DNA of 64,000 nt from an uncultured Acidobacteriaceae bacterium (GTDB taxonomy: Bacteria > Acidobacteriota > Terriglobia > Terriglobales > Acidobacteriaceae): contig CAVYRG010000002.1 in the NCBI GenBank assembly GCA_963770915.1, positions 28,203 through 92,202 of the forward strand. Direction: 5' to 3'. Under the pieces are notes generated by a model. It saw only the letters and a program-made list of their open reading frames with translations. It had not been told where the DNA came from and ran no database searches. Positions 39,247 to 48,564 of this stretch are shown piece by piece. The position numbers were made by a program, and so were the translations under genes. The number at the start of each line of letters is the position of its first letter. Position 1 is the stretch's first letter.

Positions 39247-39475
39247 GGCGGAAAGCGAGTCATTGTAAACCCCTCAGAACGAAATTGGGGTAGACAATTT
39301 TGGATTAGTGGAGCGTTTCACAATTCAAAACTGCACACGACTACATTGTCAGGCAACAAATTCCTCGGCTCATTCAGCTGCGCCCTGCGTTGGCGAGCGG
39401 ATAGATCGCCGTTCACGAATACCAACTCGATAGGTCTGGTGCTGCTGATGAGTGAGCCCGCATCAGACGTCAAAT

Positions 39476-39508
39476 AAAAAAACCCGCCCAAGCGAAGCTT
39501 GGACGGGG
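39476..39508 (-). terminator. rho-independent terminator downstream of glnA
   Basis: On the minus strand: CCCGTCCAAGC-TTC-GCTTGGGCGGG followed by TTTTTTT. Confidence 0.75.
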
Positions 39509-39530
39509 CAGCCGTGAGGTCCTTGGCGGG

Positions 39531-40947
39531 CTAAATGTCGTAATACAGGGCGAACTCATAGGGATGCGGGCGCAGACGAATGGCGTCCACTTCCTTGGTG
39601 CGCTTGTAGTCGATGTAGGTGCTTAGCAACTCCTCGGTGAAGACATCGCCCTTCAGCAGGAAGGCGTGATCTTTTTCGAGCGAGTCGAGAGCATCTTCGA
39701 GCGAGCCGGGCATCGAGGGAACCTTTGCGAGTTCCTCCGGACCCAGATCGTAGATGTCCTTGTCGAGCGGTTGGCCGGGATCGAGCTTGTTCTCGATGCC
39801 GTCCAGACCGGCCATCAGCATGGCGGCAAACGCCATGTAAGGGTTGCAGCTCGGGTCGGGCGGACGGAACTCCACGCGCTTAGCTTTCGGTGAAGCCGAA
39901 TACATCGGAATACGGCAGGCGGCCGAGCGGTTGCGCCGCGAATATGCCAGGTTGACCGGAGCTTCAAAGCCCGGAACCAGGCGCTTGTAAGAGTTGGTCG
40001 TCGGCGCGATGATCGCGGCCAGCGCCGGGCCGTGCTTGATCAGTCCGCCGATGTACCACAGCGCCATCTGCGATAGGCCGGCATAGCCATCGCCGGCGAA
40101 CAGGGGCTTGCCGCCCTTCCACAACGACTGGTGGGTGTGCATGCCGCTGCCGTTGTCCTGGAAGATCGGCTTGGGCATGAACGTCACCGTCTTGCCATAC
40201 TGGTTGGCGACGTTTTTCGACGACGTACTTGTAGAGCAGCATGCTTGTCGGCGGACGCACGCAGCGAATCGAACTTCAGGTCAATTTCCGTCTGTCCGCC
40301 GGTGGCCACTTCGTGGTGGTGGCATTCCACCTCCAGTGCCGCAGGCCTGCATGGTCATGACCATTTCCGTGCGCAGGTCCTGGTAATGGTCGGTGGGCGG
40401 CACGGGGAAGTAGCCTTCCTTGTAGCGCGGGCGATAGCCGAGATTGTTGGTCTCGCGGCCGGAATTCCAGCGGCCTTCTTCGGCGTCGATGAAGTAGAAG
40501 CCGTGCTGCTCGCGCTGATCGAAGCGAATGTTGTCGAAGATAAAGAATTCCGCTTCCGCGCCGAAGTAGGCGGTATCGGCCAGGCCAGTTGAGGTCAGGT
40601 ACATTTCCGCCTTCTTGGCGATATAGCGCGGATCGCGATCGTAACGCTGCTTGGTAACAGGATCAATCACGTCGCAGACCATCACCAGCGTGGGCGCTTC
40701 GGTGAAAGGATCCAGCATGTGCGTGCTGGGATCGGGGATCAGCAGCATGTCGCTCTCGTTGATCGCCGCCCAGCCCCGGATGGACGAACCATCCATTCCG
40801 AAACCCTCCTCGAACGAGGTCTTCGCTCAATTGATCAATGGGATAAGAAACGTGCTGCCACAGCCCTGGCAGGTCGGTGAAGCGGAGGTCCAGCATTTTG
40901 GCTCCGTTTTTCTTCGCAAACTCCAGGACAGTTTTCGCATCAGCCAT
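39531..40947 (-). pseudogene. glnA: type I glutamine synthetase, reading frame interrupted four times by apparent single-base insertions
   Basis: Consecutive GS-like segments sit in successive frames. Segment 1: MADAKTVLEF...QLSEDL. Segment 2: [24 protein letters not shown]...MTMQACG. Segment 3: [31 protein letters not shown]. Segment 4: MLLYKYVVE. Segment 5: [30 protein letters not shown]...YEFALYYDI. The breaks are near 40815, 40337, 40243 and in the A5 run at 40213-40217. SD AAGGAG precedes ATG 40947. Confidence 0.88.
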
Positions 40948-41315
40948 GGATTGCTCCTTTGCGATGCCGGGCGGCTCCGCCCGGGGGTGACGCTTCGGCC
41001 ACATCGCCTGAGCAGTGCCGCCAGCGTAATCAGAAATCTAAATAAGGGAATTGTAAGGGAAAATTTGCCGCCTGCTACAATCTATCACGTCTGCGCTGGG
41101 CGCGCATGGAGTCTAGAAGCTCGGCCCAGCCACCGGAAATTGATTGTTTTTATGACGGCGATAAGCGAGAGTTATTAGAGAAAGTTGATTTACTTCCGCG
41201 CGCATCAGTCAGCAACTCAGCATTCCAGCTCGTTGCGTCCGTTGGGGCAAGAATTGTTTCCGCCGCCAGCCAGCAGCGAACCCGTCGAGTGCGGATTGTT
41301 GAACGCCGACAACTT

Positions 41316-42222
41316 ATGGACTTTGATCAGCTCGAAACGTTTCTCGAAGTTGCGCGCTTGAGTAGTTTTTCCCGCGCCGCGGAGAAGCGTTTCCGCACGC
41401 AGCCGGCGATCTCCTCCCAGATTCGGCTGCTGGAAGAAGAAGTTGGCGCCAAGCTACTGGATCGCTCCGGCGGCAAGGTTTCCATCACCGCGTCGGGCAA
41501 ACTGTTCCAGAAATATGCCGAAGATACGCTGGAATCCCGCAAGGCTGTGCTGGTGGCGATCGCCGAGACCGAGCGCGTACCGCGGGGTGAGATCATCGTA
41601 GGCGCCAACGAAGGCACCTGCCTCCATATTCTTCCGGAAGTGTTCTCGGAGTTTAAGAAGCAGTATCCGGATGTGGCCATCAATATTCAGCGCTCCCACT
41701 ACGGGCGGATTCTGGACTCGATCATCGACAACTCGGTCGACTTCGGCGTGATTTCCCTGCCCGTAAACGATGCCCGGCTGACCGTGGTTCTGATTCACCG
41801 CGACGAACTGGTGATCATCGCGCCAACGCAACATCCGCTCGCGAAGATGAAGTCAGCCACCGTGGCCGAAGTCGCCAGGTATCCCGCTGGTGGTGCCCAA
41901 GACCGGCCACACCCGCGACGGGCTGGAGGCCCTTTTCCATGAGCGCAAGCTCAAACCCCGCTACGCCATGGAACTCGACTCCAGCGAATTGCTCAAGCGC
42001 TTTGTGGCCGCCGATATGGGTGTGGGCTTCATCGCCCGCTCTCAGGTGCAGGAGGACGTCCGGGCCGGGGTTTTGGCGGCGATCCCCATGTCGGACGCCC
42101 AGATCCGCCGCGACCTGGCCCTGGTTTTCCGCAAGGACAAAGCCCTCAGCCGCGCCGCTCTGGCCTTCATCGACATTGCGGTAAAGATCAAGACTGCCGA
42201 CGTCTACGCCGGCAAGCACTAA
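41316..42222 (+). pseudogene. LysR-family transcriptional regulator, frame broken by an apparent extra C in the CCC run at 41883-41885
   Basis: N-terminal HTH MDFDQLETFLEVARLSSFSRAAEKRFRTQPAISSQIRLLEEEVG in frame 0 up to ...VAEVARYP. The substrate-domain continuation LVVPKTGHTRDGLEALFHERKLKP...FIDIAVK is in the +1 frame (track ORF 41890..42222). Confidence 0.85.
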
Positions 42223-42263
42223 CACGTTCCCTTCGCCAGAACGCAACGGGGTAAAATGCTGCC

Positions 42264-43589
42264 GTGAATTCCCGACGTGCCCGCGTCTCAAGCTTGCTTT
42301 TGTCGCTACTCCTGGCTCTCCCCGCTCCGGCATGGTTTCCGCTTTACGCTCAGACATCCCATCAACCGCCTTCCAGTTTCACATTGCTGTCGGTCACGGC
42401 AACCGGCAGTAAGCGGTACACGTCGCAGGAAATCGTGGCTGCGACCGGCCTGCAGATCGGGACAACCGTCACGGAAGACGAGTTCAAGCAGGCAGCTCTA
42501 CAACTGAGCCAGACCGGCGCGTTTGGCGACGCGGCCTACCGTTACCAGTATTCCAGCGAAGGCGCCAAACTCGAGATCCAGGTCACCGACGCCGGGCTGT
42601 TCGTTCCCGCCTATTTTGATAATTTCGTCTGGTTCTCCGATCAGAGCTTGATGTCCACGCTGCGCTCGCGGGTGCCACTTTTCGAGGGGCAATTGCCCGT
42701 CAACGGCAAGCTGGCGGATGAAGTTTCCGACGCACTGCAAGCCATGCTGGACGAGCGTGGCGTGGCAGGACGCGTGGACTATCTGCGCTCCGGTCCCGAT
42801 GACGGGCCAATCAATTCCTTCCTCTACAGCGTTTCCGCCGTAACCATTCACATTCACGATATTCAGTTCCGCGGCGCAAGTGCGGCTGAATTGCCCGCGT
42901 TGGAAGCTGCAAGCTCCAAGCTCAAGGGCCAGGACTACCAGCGCTCGATCCTGCGCGTGCAGGCGGACAAAGTTTTCTTGCCTGTGTTTCTCGAGCAAGG
43001 CTACCTCAAGGCCAGCATCGCGGACTCCGACGCCAAAATCGTCCAGCAAAACGACCAGGAAACCGATGTTGACGTCATGATTCCAGTGGATCCGGGTCTG
43101 CAATACAAGGCAACGGCAATTCAGCTTTCGGGGACGAAAATTGTCGCAGCGGACCAGTTGAGGAGGCTCATCCATCAACAACTAGGCCAGCCCGCCAACG
43201 CGGTCCAGCTCGCTGACGACGTGGAGGCCATGCAGAAGCTCTACGGAACCCACGGCTACATGGCTGCTGCCATTCAGGTCAAGCCATTGCTGGATGACGC
43301 CAACTCCACGGTGAGCTATCAGCTGCAAGTGCACGAAGGAGTTCAGTACCACATGGGTGATCTGGACATTCAGGACCTCGCCCGGCCTGATCGCCTCGCG
43401 GTTGCGGCAGTGTGGTCCCTGGCGAAGGGGGACCCATATGACTCCAGTTACCCCAAGCGTTTCGTGGACCAGGTCCTGAAGCAGGTTCTGGTAAATGCGG
43501 AGTGGAGCGTTAGCATTCGGGAAATGCCCGATCCGGAGGATAAAAGCGTAGACGTTAACGTGAAGTTCGACCGCAAAGAGGCCCTGTAG
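42264..43589 (+). CDS. secreted POTRA-repeat-like protein without a recognisable beta-barrel domain
   Basis: GTG start and signal peptide. Repeated motifs resemble POTRA units (e.g. IQFRGASAAE..., AIQLSGTKIVAADQLRRL...YGTHGYMAA). 441 aa, ending without an Omp85 barrel. Confidence 0.55.
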   Translation: MNSRRARVSSLLLSLLLALPAPAWFPLYAQTSHQPPSSFTLLSVTATGSKRYTSQEIVAATGLQIGTTVTEDEFKQAALQLSQTGAFGDAAYRYQYSSEGAKLEIQVTDAGLFVPAYFDNFVWFSDQSLMSTLRSRVPLFEGQLPVNGKLADEVSDALQAMLDERGVAGRVDYLRSGPDDGPINSFLYSVSAVTIHIHDIQFRGASAAELPALEAASSKLKGQDYQRSILRVQADKVFLPVFLEQGYLKASIADSDAKIVQQNDQETDVDVMIPVDPGLQYKATAIQLSGTKIVAADQLRRLIHQQLGQPANAVQLADDVEAMQKLYGTHGYMAAAIQVKPLLDDANSTVSYQLQVHEGVQYHMGDLDIQDLARPDRLAVAAVWSLAKGDPYDSSYPKRFVDQVLKQVLVNAEWSVSIREMPDPEDKSVDVNVKFDRKEAL

Positions 43590-43698
43590 CCGGAAAGGGT
43601 CAGCTTTGCCTAAAATATCTGGGTTTAACTAACTTTTTGCTGCGACGCGCATCCAAACTCAGCAGGCAGTCACATTTTTTCGAGGAGAGAAACTAATC

Positions 43699-44052
43699 AT
43701 GAAATCCCGTCTGCACCTTTTCGCAATAGCGACCGCGGGCCTGCTCCTGGCCGCCTTAGTAACCGTTACGCCAGCTTTCGCCGCGGGTAAAGCCCAGGCC
43801 TTTACCGGCGTAGTCAGCGATGCCATGTGTGGCGCTCATCACATGATGGGTTCGGCCGCGGAATGCACGCGGGCGTGTGTTGCCAAGGGTTCCAAGTACG
43901 CCCTCGTGGTGGGCGAGAAGGTCTACACACTTGATACGAGCGACAAGGCCGCGCTTGCCGAGTTGGACAAGCTCGCCGGGGAGCATGCCAAAGTCACCGG
44001 AAGCGCCGACGGCGACACGATCGCGGTAAAGTCGGTGATGGCGGCAAAGTAA
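43699..44052 (+). CDS. small secreted Cys/His/Met-rich protein (hypothetical)
   Basis: SD GAGGAGAG and signal peptide ...VTPAFA. Motif MCGAHHMMGSAAECTRAC. Followed by a terminator. Confidence 0.6.
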   Translation: MKSRLHLFAIATAGLLLAALVTVTPAFAAGKAQAFTGVVSDAMCGAHHMMGSAAECTRACVAKGSKYALVVGEKVYTLDTSDKAALAELDKLAGEHAKVTGSADGDTIAVKSVMAAK

Positions 44053-44083
44053 CCCCGCCGGAATCGGAAACCGGACTCTGCCT

Positions 44084-44124
44084 GGTGCAGGACTGATGGA
44101 ATCCAGTTCTGCACCTCTCTTTTT
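44084..44124 (+). terminator. rho-independent terminator
   Basis: GGTGCAG...CTGCACC stem with inner ACTG/CAGT pairing, followed by TCTCTTTTT. Confidence 0.7.
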
Positions 44125-44212
44125 GCCGGAAATCGGAATATTCATATTTCGTTAATCCACCCCTATGTTAGATTGACGATTTGACTTTAGCCGCCCGCGG
44201 GAGGATTACGAA

Positions 44213-44770
44213 TTGTCCAAGGACATGGTCCCCAAGAAGATTTTTTTCACCAAGGGGGTCGGCAAACACAAAGAGCGCCTCACCTCCTTTGAGCTGGCCT
44301 TGCGCGATGCCGGCATCGCCGCCCAGAATCTGGTGCGCGTCTCCTCGATCTTTCCGCCTCAGTGCAAGTTGTTGGCGCGTTCGCAGGGTTTGAAGTATCT
44401 AGACCCCGGCGAAGTGGTTTTTGCCGTCGTAGCGGAAAATTCCACGCATGAGCCGCATCGTCTGCTGGCCGCTAGCATTGGCGTCGCCATTCCGGCTGAC
44501 CGCAACACCTACGGCTACTTGAGCGAGCATCATTCTTTTGGAGAAACGGAAGAATCGGCGGGGGACTACGCGGAAGAACTGGCAGCCGAGATGCTCGCCA
44601 CCACGCTCAACGTCGAATTCGATCCCGACCGGTCGTGGGACGAAAAGAAGGAAATCTACCGCATCTCCAACAAGATCGTGCGCACCGCCAACGTTACGCA
44701 GTCCGCAGTCGGCGACAAGCGCGGGCTGTGGACCACGGTGATCGCCTCGGCAGTGATGATCTTCGATTGA
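44213..44770 (+). CDS. pdaD: pyruvoyl-dependent arginine decarboxylase
   Basis: 185 aa. [27 protein letters not shown] and the VSSIFPP self-cleavage region. TTG start with GGGAGGA 7 nt upstream. Confidence 0.88.
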   Translation: MSKDMVPKKIFFTKGVGKHKERLTSFELALRDAGIAAQNLVRVSSIFPPQCKLLARSQGLKYLDPGEVVFAVVAENSTHEPHRLLAASIGVAIPADRNTYGYLSEHHSFGETEESAGDYAEELAAEMLATTLNVEFDPDRSWDEKKEIYRISNKIVRTANVTQSAVGDKRGLWTTVIASAVMIFD

Positions 44771-44825
44771 CGGAAGTGTGGTTTTTGCGCAACCTTGAAA
44801 ACTCGGCTGGTCGACTGTTTTGAAA

Positions 44826-45113
44826 CTAGTTCGGAGTTTCTGTTTTCTTTCCAGAGCGTCGCAGGCTCACACCAGAGTACACAAGGACAATCAGCAGTAT
44901 CGGACAGGCCATCCCAAACACGACTGAATCTAAGAGGCCGCTACGTTGAAGTTCCCCTAGCGAACCGGGAAAAGAAAAATTGGTGACGACAATGCCTAAG
45001 ATGAAGGGCGCAGCTATGCCCGCAACTATGAGCCAAGTTCCAAGCGATTTCTTTGATGCGCTCGTCACAAGAAGCACCCCTGGTTTCAGCCCAAAGACTC
45101 TAGCATTTTTCAC
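44826..45113 (-). CDS. hypothetical small membrane protein
   Basis: 95-aa ORF with two or three hydrophobic segments. More AT-rich by eye. No homology recognised. Confidence 0.35.
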   Translation of the reverse strand: MKNARVFGLKPGVLLVTSASKKSLGTWLIVAGIAAPFILGIVVTNFSFPGSLGELQRSGLLDSVVFGMACPILLIVLVYSGVSLRRSGKKTETPN

Positions 45114-45207
45114 TATGAGCGCTCAACGAGTTGTAGCTTGTCGACCCTCATTCCTTGCGTAAAGTGCACACTTCCGTCGATTGATTGTTGGTCCGGAATC
45201 GTGAAAA

Positions 45208-45238
45208 GCCATCCGGTGCCCCGGGTGGCTTTTTATTT
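45208..45238. terminator. hairpin with flanking T/A runs, probably a bidirectional terminator just downstream of the DHS-like gene
   Basis: GCCATCCGG-TGCC-CCGGGTGGC. Followed by TTTTTATTT on the plus strand and preceded by GTGAAAA (TTTTCAC on the minus strand). Confidence 0.6.
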
Positions 45239-45255
45239 GCGCTACACGGGCCGCT

Positions 45256-46367
45256 CTACTTTGTTACCTTGGCTTTCTTCGTTTTCTTGAACAGCCCGGA
45301 TTTGTCCTTGTCCAGCCGCTCAAATACGGCGGCCACGATAAGCGGCAAGCCCACCGTCGCATCCAGAAAGACCTCGCCGAATTTTCCGCCCTCGGCGGGC
45401 GGAACGAACTTGCCCCAGGAGATCGCCTCGCTATACGGGCTTCCGGACAAGCCTCCCCAATACACCGGCTCCGGACAAATACGCACGCCATAGTGATAGC
45501 GCTTGAGGGGAACGTTCTCGCCCAACCGCCGGTGGCGCAATTCGATAAACGGTCCGAACTGCTGTGACCAATTGCGTGGCACGCCGCCTCCGATGGTGAG
45601 GATCCCCAGCCGCGTCTGCCGCAAGAGTGTGGCGGCGAAGTGCTCCAGGTCTTCAAAAGGATCGAAGCGAATTTTGTGCCGTCCCGTCGACTCGCGCAGC
45701 CGGTTGTTGAGGGCGACGTCCAGACCGAGTTCGGAATCGGTGAAAGCCGGCACAAAAACCGGAACGCCCTTTTCATGCGCCGATTTCAGAATCCCCCGCT
45801 GGTCTTTCGCATGTTTGGCAAGATGGGCGCCGATCGCATGGTTCAGTTTGTAGGAGCACATGACCTCGCTGTGATCCCAGCCTTCCAAAATCTGCGACAT
45901 CACTTCTTCCACGTCATCCAGATTCTGTTCCGGCTCCAGCGTGTCATAAACCCGGTTGTAGCCCTGCTCGTAGAGTTCGGTGTCGGGCACGTCGGGGTTG
46001 TACCGGAAATGGGCGCGCCCAGTGGCCTCGACCAAACCGTGGGCCATCAAGGCACCGGTCGAGACGACCGCGTTGACGATGCCGCGGTCGATCAATTCCG
46101 CGATGACCAGCCCCTGTTTGGCCACAGTCATGGCTCCGGCCAGAGTCATGACTACAAAACAATCCTGATCGCGAGCCATTGCCTCGAGCACATCCGCAGC
46201 TTCGCCGACTTGCCGACCTGTGAAGGCCGTGTTCGCCATGGCGCGCACCAGATCGTCTACGGTGTGTACGCGTGTAAGGTCGAGCGGCTCCAGAGGAATC
46301 AGCTTGTCGTCCACCGGATTGTGCAACTGCCGGTCTATTCCCGCGCCGTCGTGATTGCCATTCTTCA
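45256..46367 (-). CDS. deoxyhypusine synthase-family protein (bacterial homospermidine-synthase-like)
   Basis: TTG 46367 with GGAGGG upstream. About 370 aa with DHS-like core (VVMTLAGAMTVAKQG, VVSTGALMAHG, TIGGGVPRNW). The track ORF part upstream of 46367 overlaps aguB and was rejected. Confidence 0.85.
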
Positions 46368-46531
46368 AGGCTTCCCTCCGTTTTTTCCGAAGCACTACTC
46401 TACTAGATGGTGCCGGGCGCCGCCAGCTTGCAGGCGCCCAGCAAACCGCGCAAGAGGACGCAGCGCGGAAATCATTCTCTGATATTCTTACTGCTCTGTA
46501 CGATAGCGAGTCCCAGAAAGGAAATGCCGCT

Positions 46532-47434
46532 TTGCCGCCCGAGAAATTTCGCGTGGGATTGGTGCAAATGTCAGCCACGCCCGATCCCGAAAAAAACTTG
46601 GGCCATGCTCTGGAAATGGTGCGCCGGGCGGCCTCCCGCGGAGCGGAAATCATCTGCTTGCCGGAGCTTTTCCAAACCCAGTATTTCTGCCAGCGCGAGG
46701 ACGCGTCGCTGTTTGACCTTGCCGAGCCGATCCCGGGCCCAACGACGGCCAAACTTTCCGCCCTCGCTAAGGAATTGGGCATCGTGCTTGTGGCGTCGCT
46801 TTTTGAGCGCCGCGCCCCTGGTGTCTACCACAACACCGCCGCAATCTTCGACGCCGACGGTTCGCTGCTGGGGCTCTACCGCAAGATGCACATTCCGGAT
46901 GACCCGCTTTATTACGAAAAATATTACTTCACTCCAGGGGATCTAGGATTTCGCGCTTTCAATACGCAGGTGGGACGCGTAGGCACGCTGGTTTGCTGGG
47001 ATCAGTGGTATCCGGAGGCAGCGCGGCTGACCGCGTTGCAGGGAGCGAATTTGATCTTCTATCCAACGGCAATCGGCTGGCATCCCGCGGAGAAAGCCGA
47101 GTTTGGCGAGGCGCAACACGACGCCTGGCGGACGATTCAGCGCTCGCACGCCATTGCAAATGGGGTGTATGTCGCGGTGGCGAATCGAGTTGGGTTTGAA
47201 ACCGCGGATGTTCGCGGAAAATCCGCGCCTGGCGCAGGATTGGAATTCTGGGGAGGTTCGTTTCTCTGCGACCCGTTCGGGCGCGTGATCGCGGAAGCCT
47301 CCCCCGATAAGGAAGAAGTTCTAGTCGGCGAAGTTGATTTACGCGCCCTCGAAGAGGTTCGCCGCAACTGGCCGTTTCTGCGCGACCGGCGCATTGACGC
47401 TTATGCCGGGATTACGAACCGGCTGATCGACTGA
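46532..47434 (+). CDS. aguB: N-carbamoylputrescine amidase (carbon-nitrogen hydrolase family)
   Basis: FRVGLVQM start region. Catalytic-triad context ICLPELF, YRKMHIPD and LVCWDQWYPE. Start uncertain (TTG 46532 proposed). Confidence 0.86.
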   Translation: MPPEKFRVGLVQMSATPDPEKNLGHALEMVRRAASRGAEIICLPELFQTQYFCQREDASLFDLAEPIPGPTTAKLSALAKELGIVLVASLFERRAPGVYHNTAAIFDADGSLLGLYRKMHIPDDPLYYEKYYFTPGDLGFRAFNTQVGRVGTLVCWDQWYPEAARLTALQGANLIFYPTAIGWHPAEKAEFGEAQHDAWRTIQRSHAIANGVYVAVANRVGFETADVRGKSAPGAGLEFWGGSFLCDPFGRVIAEASPDKEEVLVGEVDLRALEEVRRNWPFLRDRRIDAYAGITNRLID

Positions 47435-47449
47435 GGCTCGCTTCCCGCC

Positions 47450-48553
47450 ATGACTGCGCGTTCCACTGAAATCTCTCCTCTTACAGAATCCGGCTACCGC
47501 ATGCCCGCCGAGTGGGAGCCGCACGCCGCCACTTGGCTTGCATGGCCGCATTATCACGGCGACTGGCCCGGAAAGTTCGAGCCGATCCCCTGGGTTTTCG
47601 CTGAGATCATTCGCTATCTGGCTCGGCATGAGCGTATCGAATTGATCGTCAAAGATCTGGCTGCCGAGAAACAGGCTCGTAAGGTGCTCAGGCGCGCGAA
47701 TGCGCTAAGCGATGGCGTGCGATTTCACCGCTGGCCGACGAATCGGGTTTGGACGCGCGATTCGGGCTGCACATTCGTGGTTCGAAACCTGGACAGCCGG
47801 GGGCGGCTGTCCCCACGCAATTCTCCGGCGGCAGCCATCAAATGGCAATTCAACGCCTGGGCCAAGTACCCCAACTGGCAGCATGACGAAAAAATTGGCA
47901 GCCGCATGGCGTCGACAGCCAGCGCAGAGGAATTTCAGCCACGGTTTGGCAAGAAGCGGGTCGTCCTCGAAGGCGGGTCGATCGACGTCAACGGAAAGGG
48001 CACGCTGCTCACCACCGAGGAATGCTTGCTCAGTAAGGTGCAGCAACGCAACCCGGGCATGAGGCGAGCCGACTACGAAAGGATTTTCGCGGATTACCTA
48101 GGAATAAAGAGCGGGATTTGGCTGGGCTCCGGCGTTGCCGGCGACGACACCCACGGCCACGTGGATGACATTACGCGTTTCGTCGCTCCAGATACGGTGG
48201 TCACCGTGGTGGAGTCCAACCCGGACGATCCCAACTACGGGCGTCTGAGGGAAAACATCCGCCGCCTGCGCTCGGCCACCGACCAAGATGGCAAGCCGCT
48301 CGCCATTGTTGAACTTCCTATGCCCGCGCCGGTGATTTTCGAGGGACGCCGTTTGCCGGCCAGCTATGCCAATTTCTACATCGCGAATGGCCTCGTCCTT
48401 GTGCCGGTCTTCAACGACCCGAACGATCGCTTCGCCCTCGATATTTTCGCGGATCTATTCCCCGACCGAGAGGTGGTCGGTATTTACTGCGGAGACTTGA
48501 TCTGGGGCTTCGGCGCAATCCACTGCATGACGCAGCAGCAGCCGGCTGTGTAG
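47450..48553 (+). CDS. aguA: agmatine deiminase
   Basis: 367 aa. MPAEWEPH, WTRDSG, DDTHGHVDD and the C-terminal GAIHCMTQQQP catalytic Cys motif. Confidence 0.92.
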   Translation: MTARSTEISPLTESGYRMPAEWEPHAATWLAWPHYHGDWPGKFEPIPWVFAEIIRYLARHERIELIVKDLAAEKQARKVLRRANALSDGVRFHRWPTNRVWTRDSGCTFVVRNLDSRGRLSPRNSPAAAIKWQFNAWAKYPNWQHDEKIGSRMASTASAEEFQPRFGKKRVVLEGGSIDVNGKGTLLTTEECLLSKVQQRNPGMRRADYERIFADYLGIKSGIWLGSGVAGDDTHGHVDDITRFVAPDTVVTVVESNPDDPNYGRLRENIRRLRSATDQDGKPLAIVELPMPAPVIFEGRRLPASYANFYIANGLVLVPVFNDPNDRFALDIFADLFPDREVVGIYCGDLIWGFGAIHCMTQQQPAV

Positions 48554-48564
48554 AAGTAAACGGC

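Noticed and set aside
40948-41315. Sigma-54 (TGGCAC-N5-TTGC) promoter or NtrC sites upstream of glnA
   Set aside because: No convincing match was found by eye on the relevant strand. This cannot be excluded without a matrix scan.
46368-46782. N-terminal extension of the DHS-like ORF
   Set aside because: It overlaps aguB on the other strand, and DHS similarity starts just after TTG 46367, which has a GGAGGG SD.
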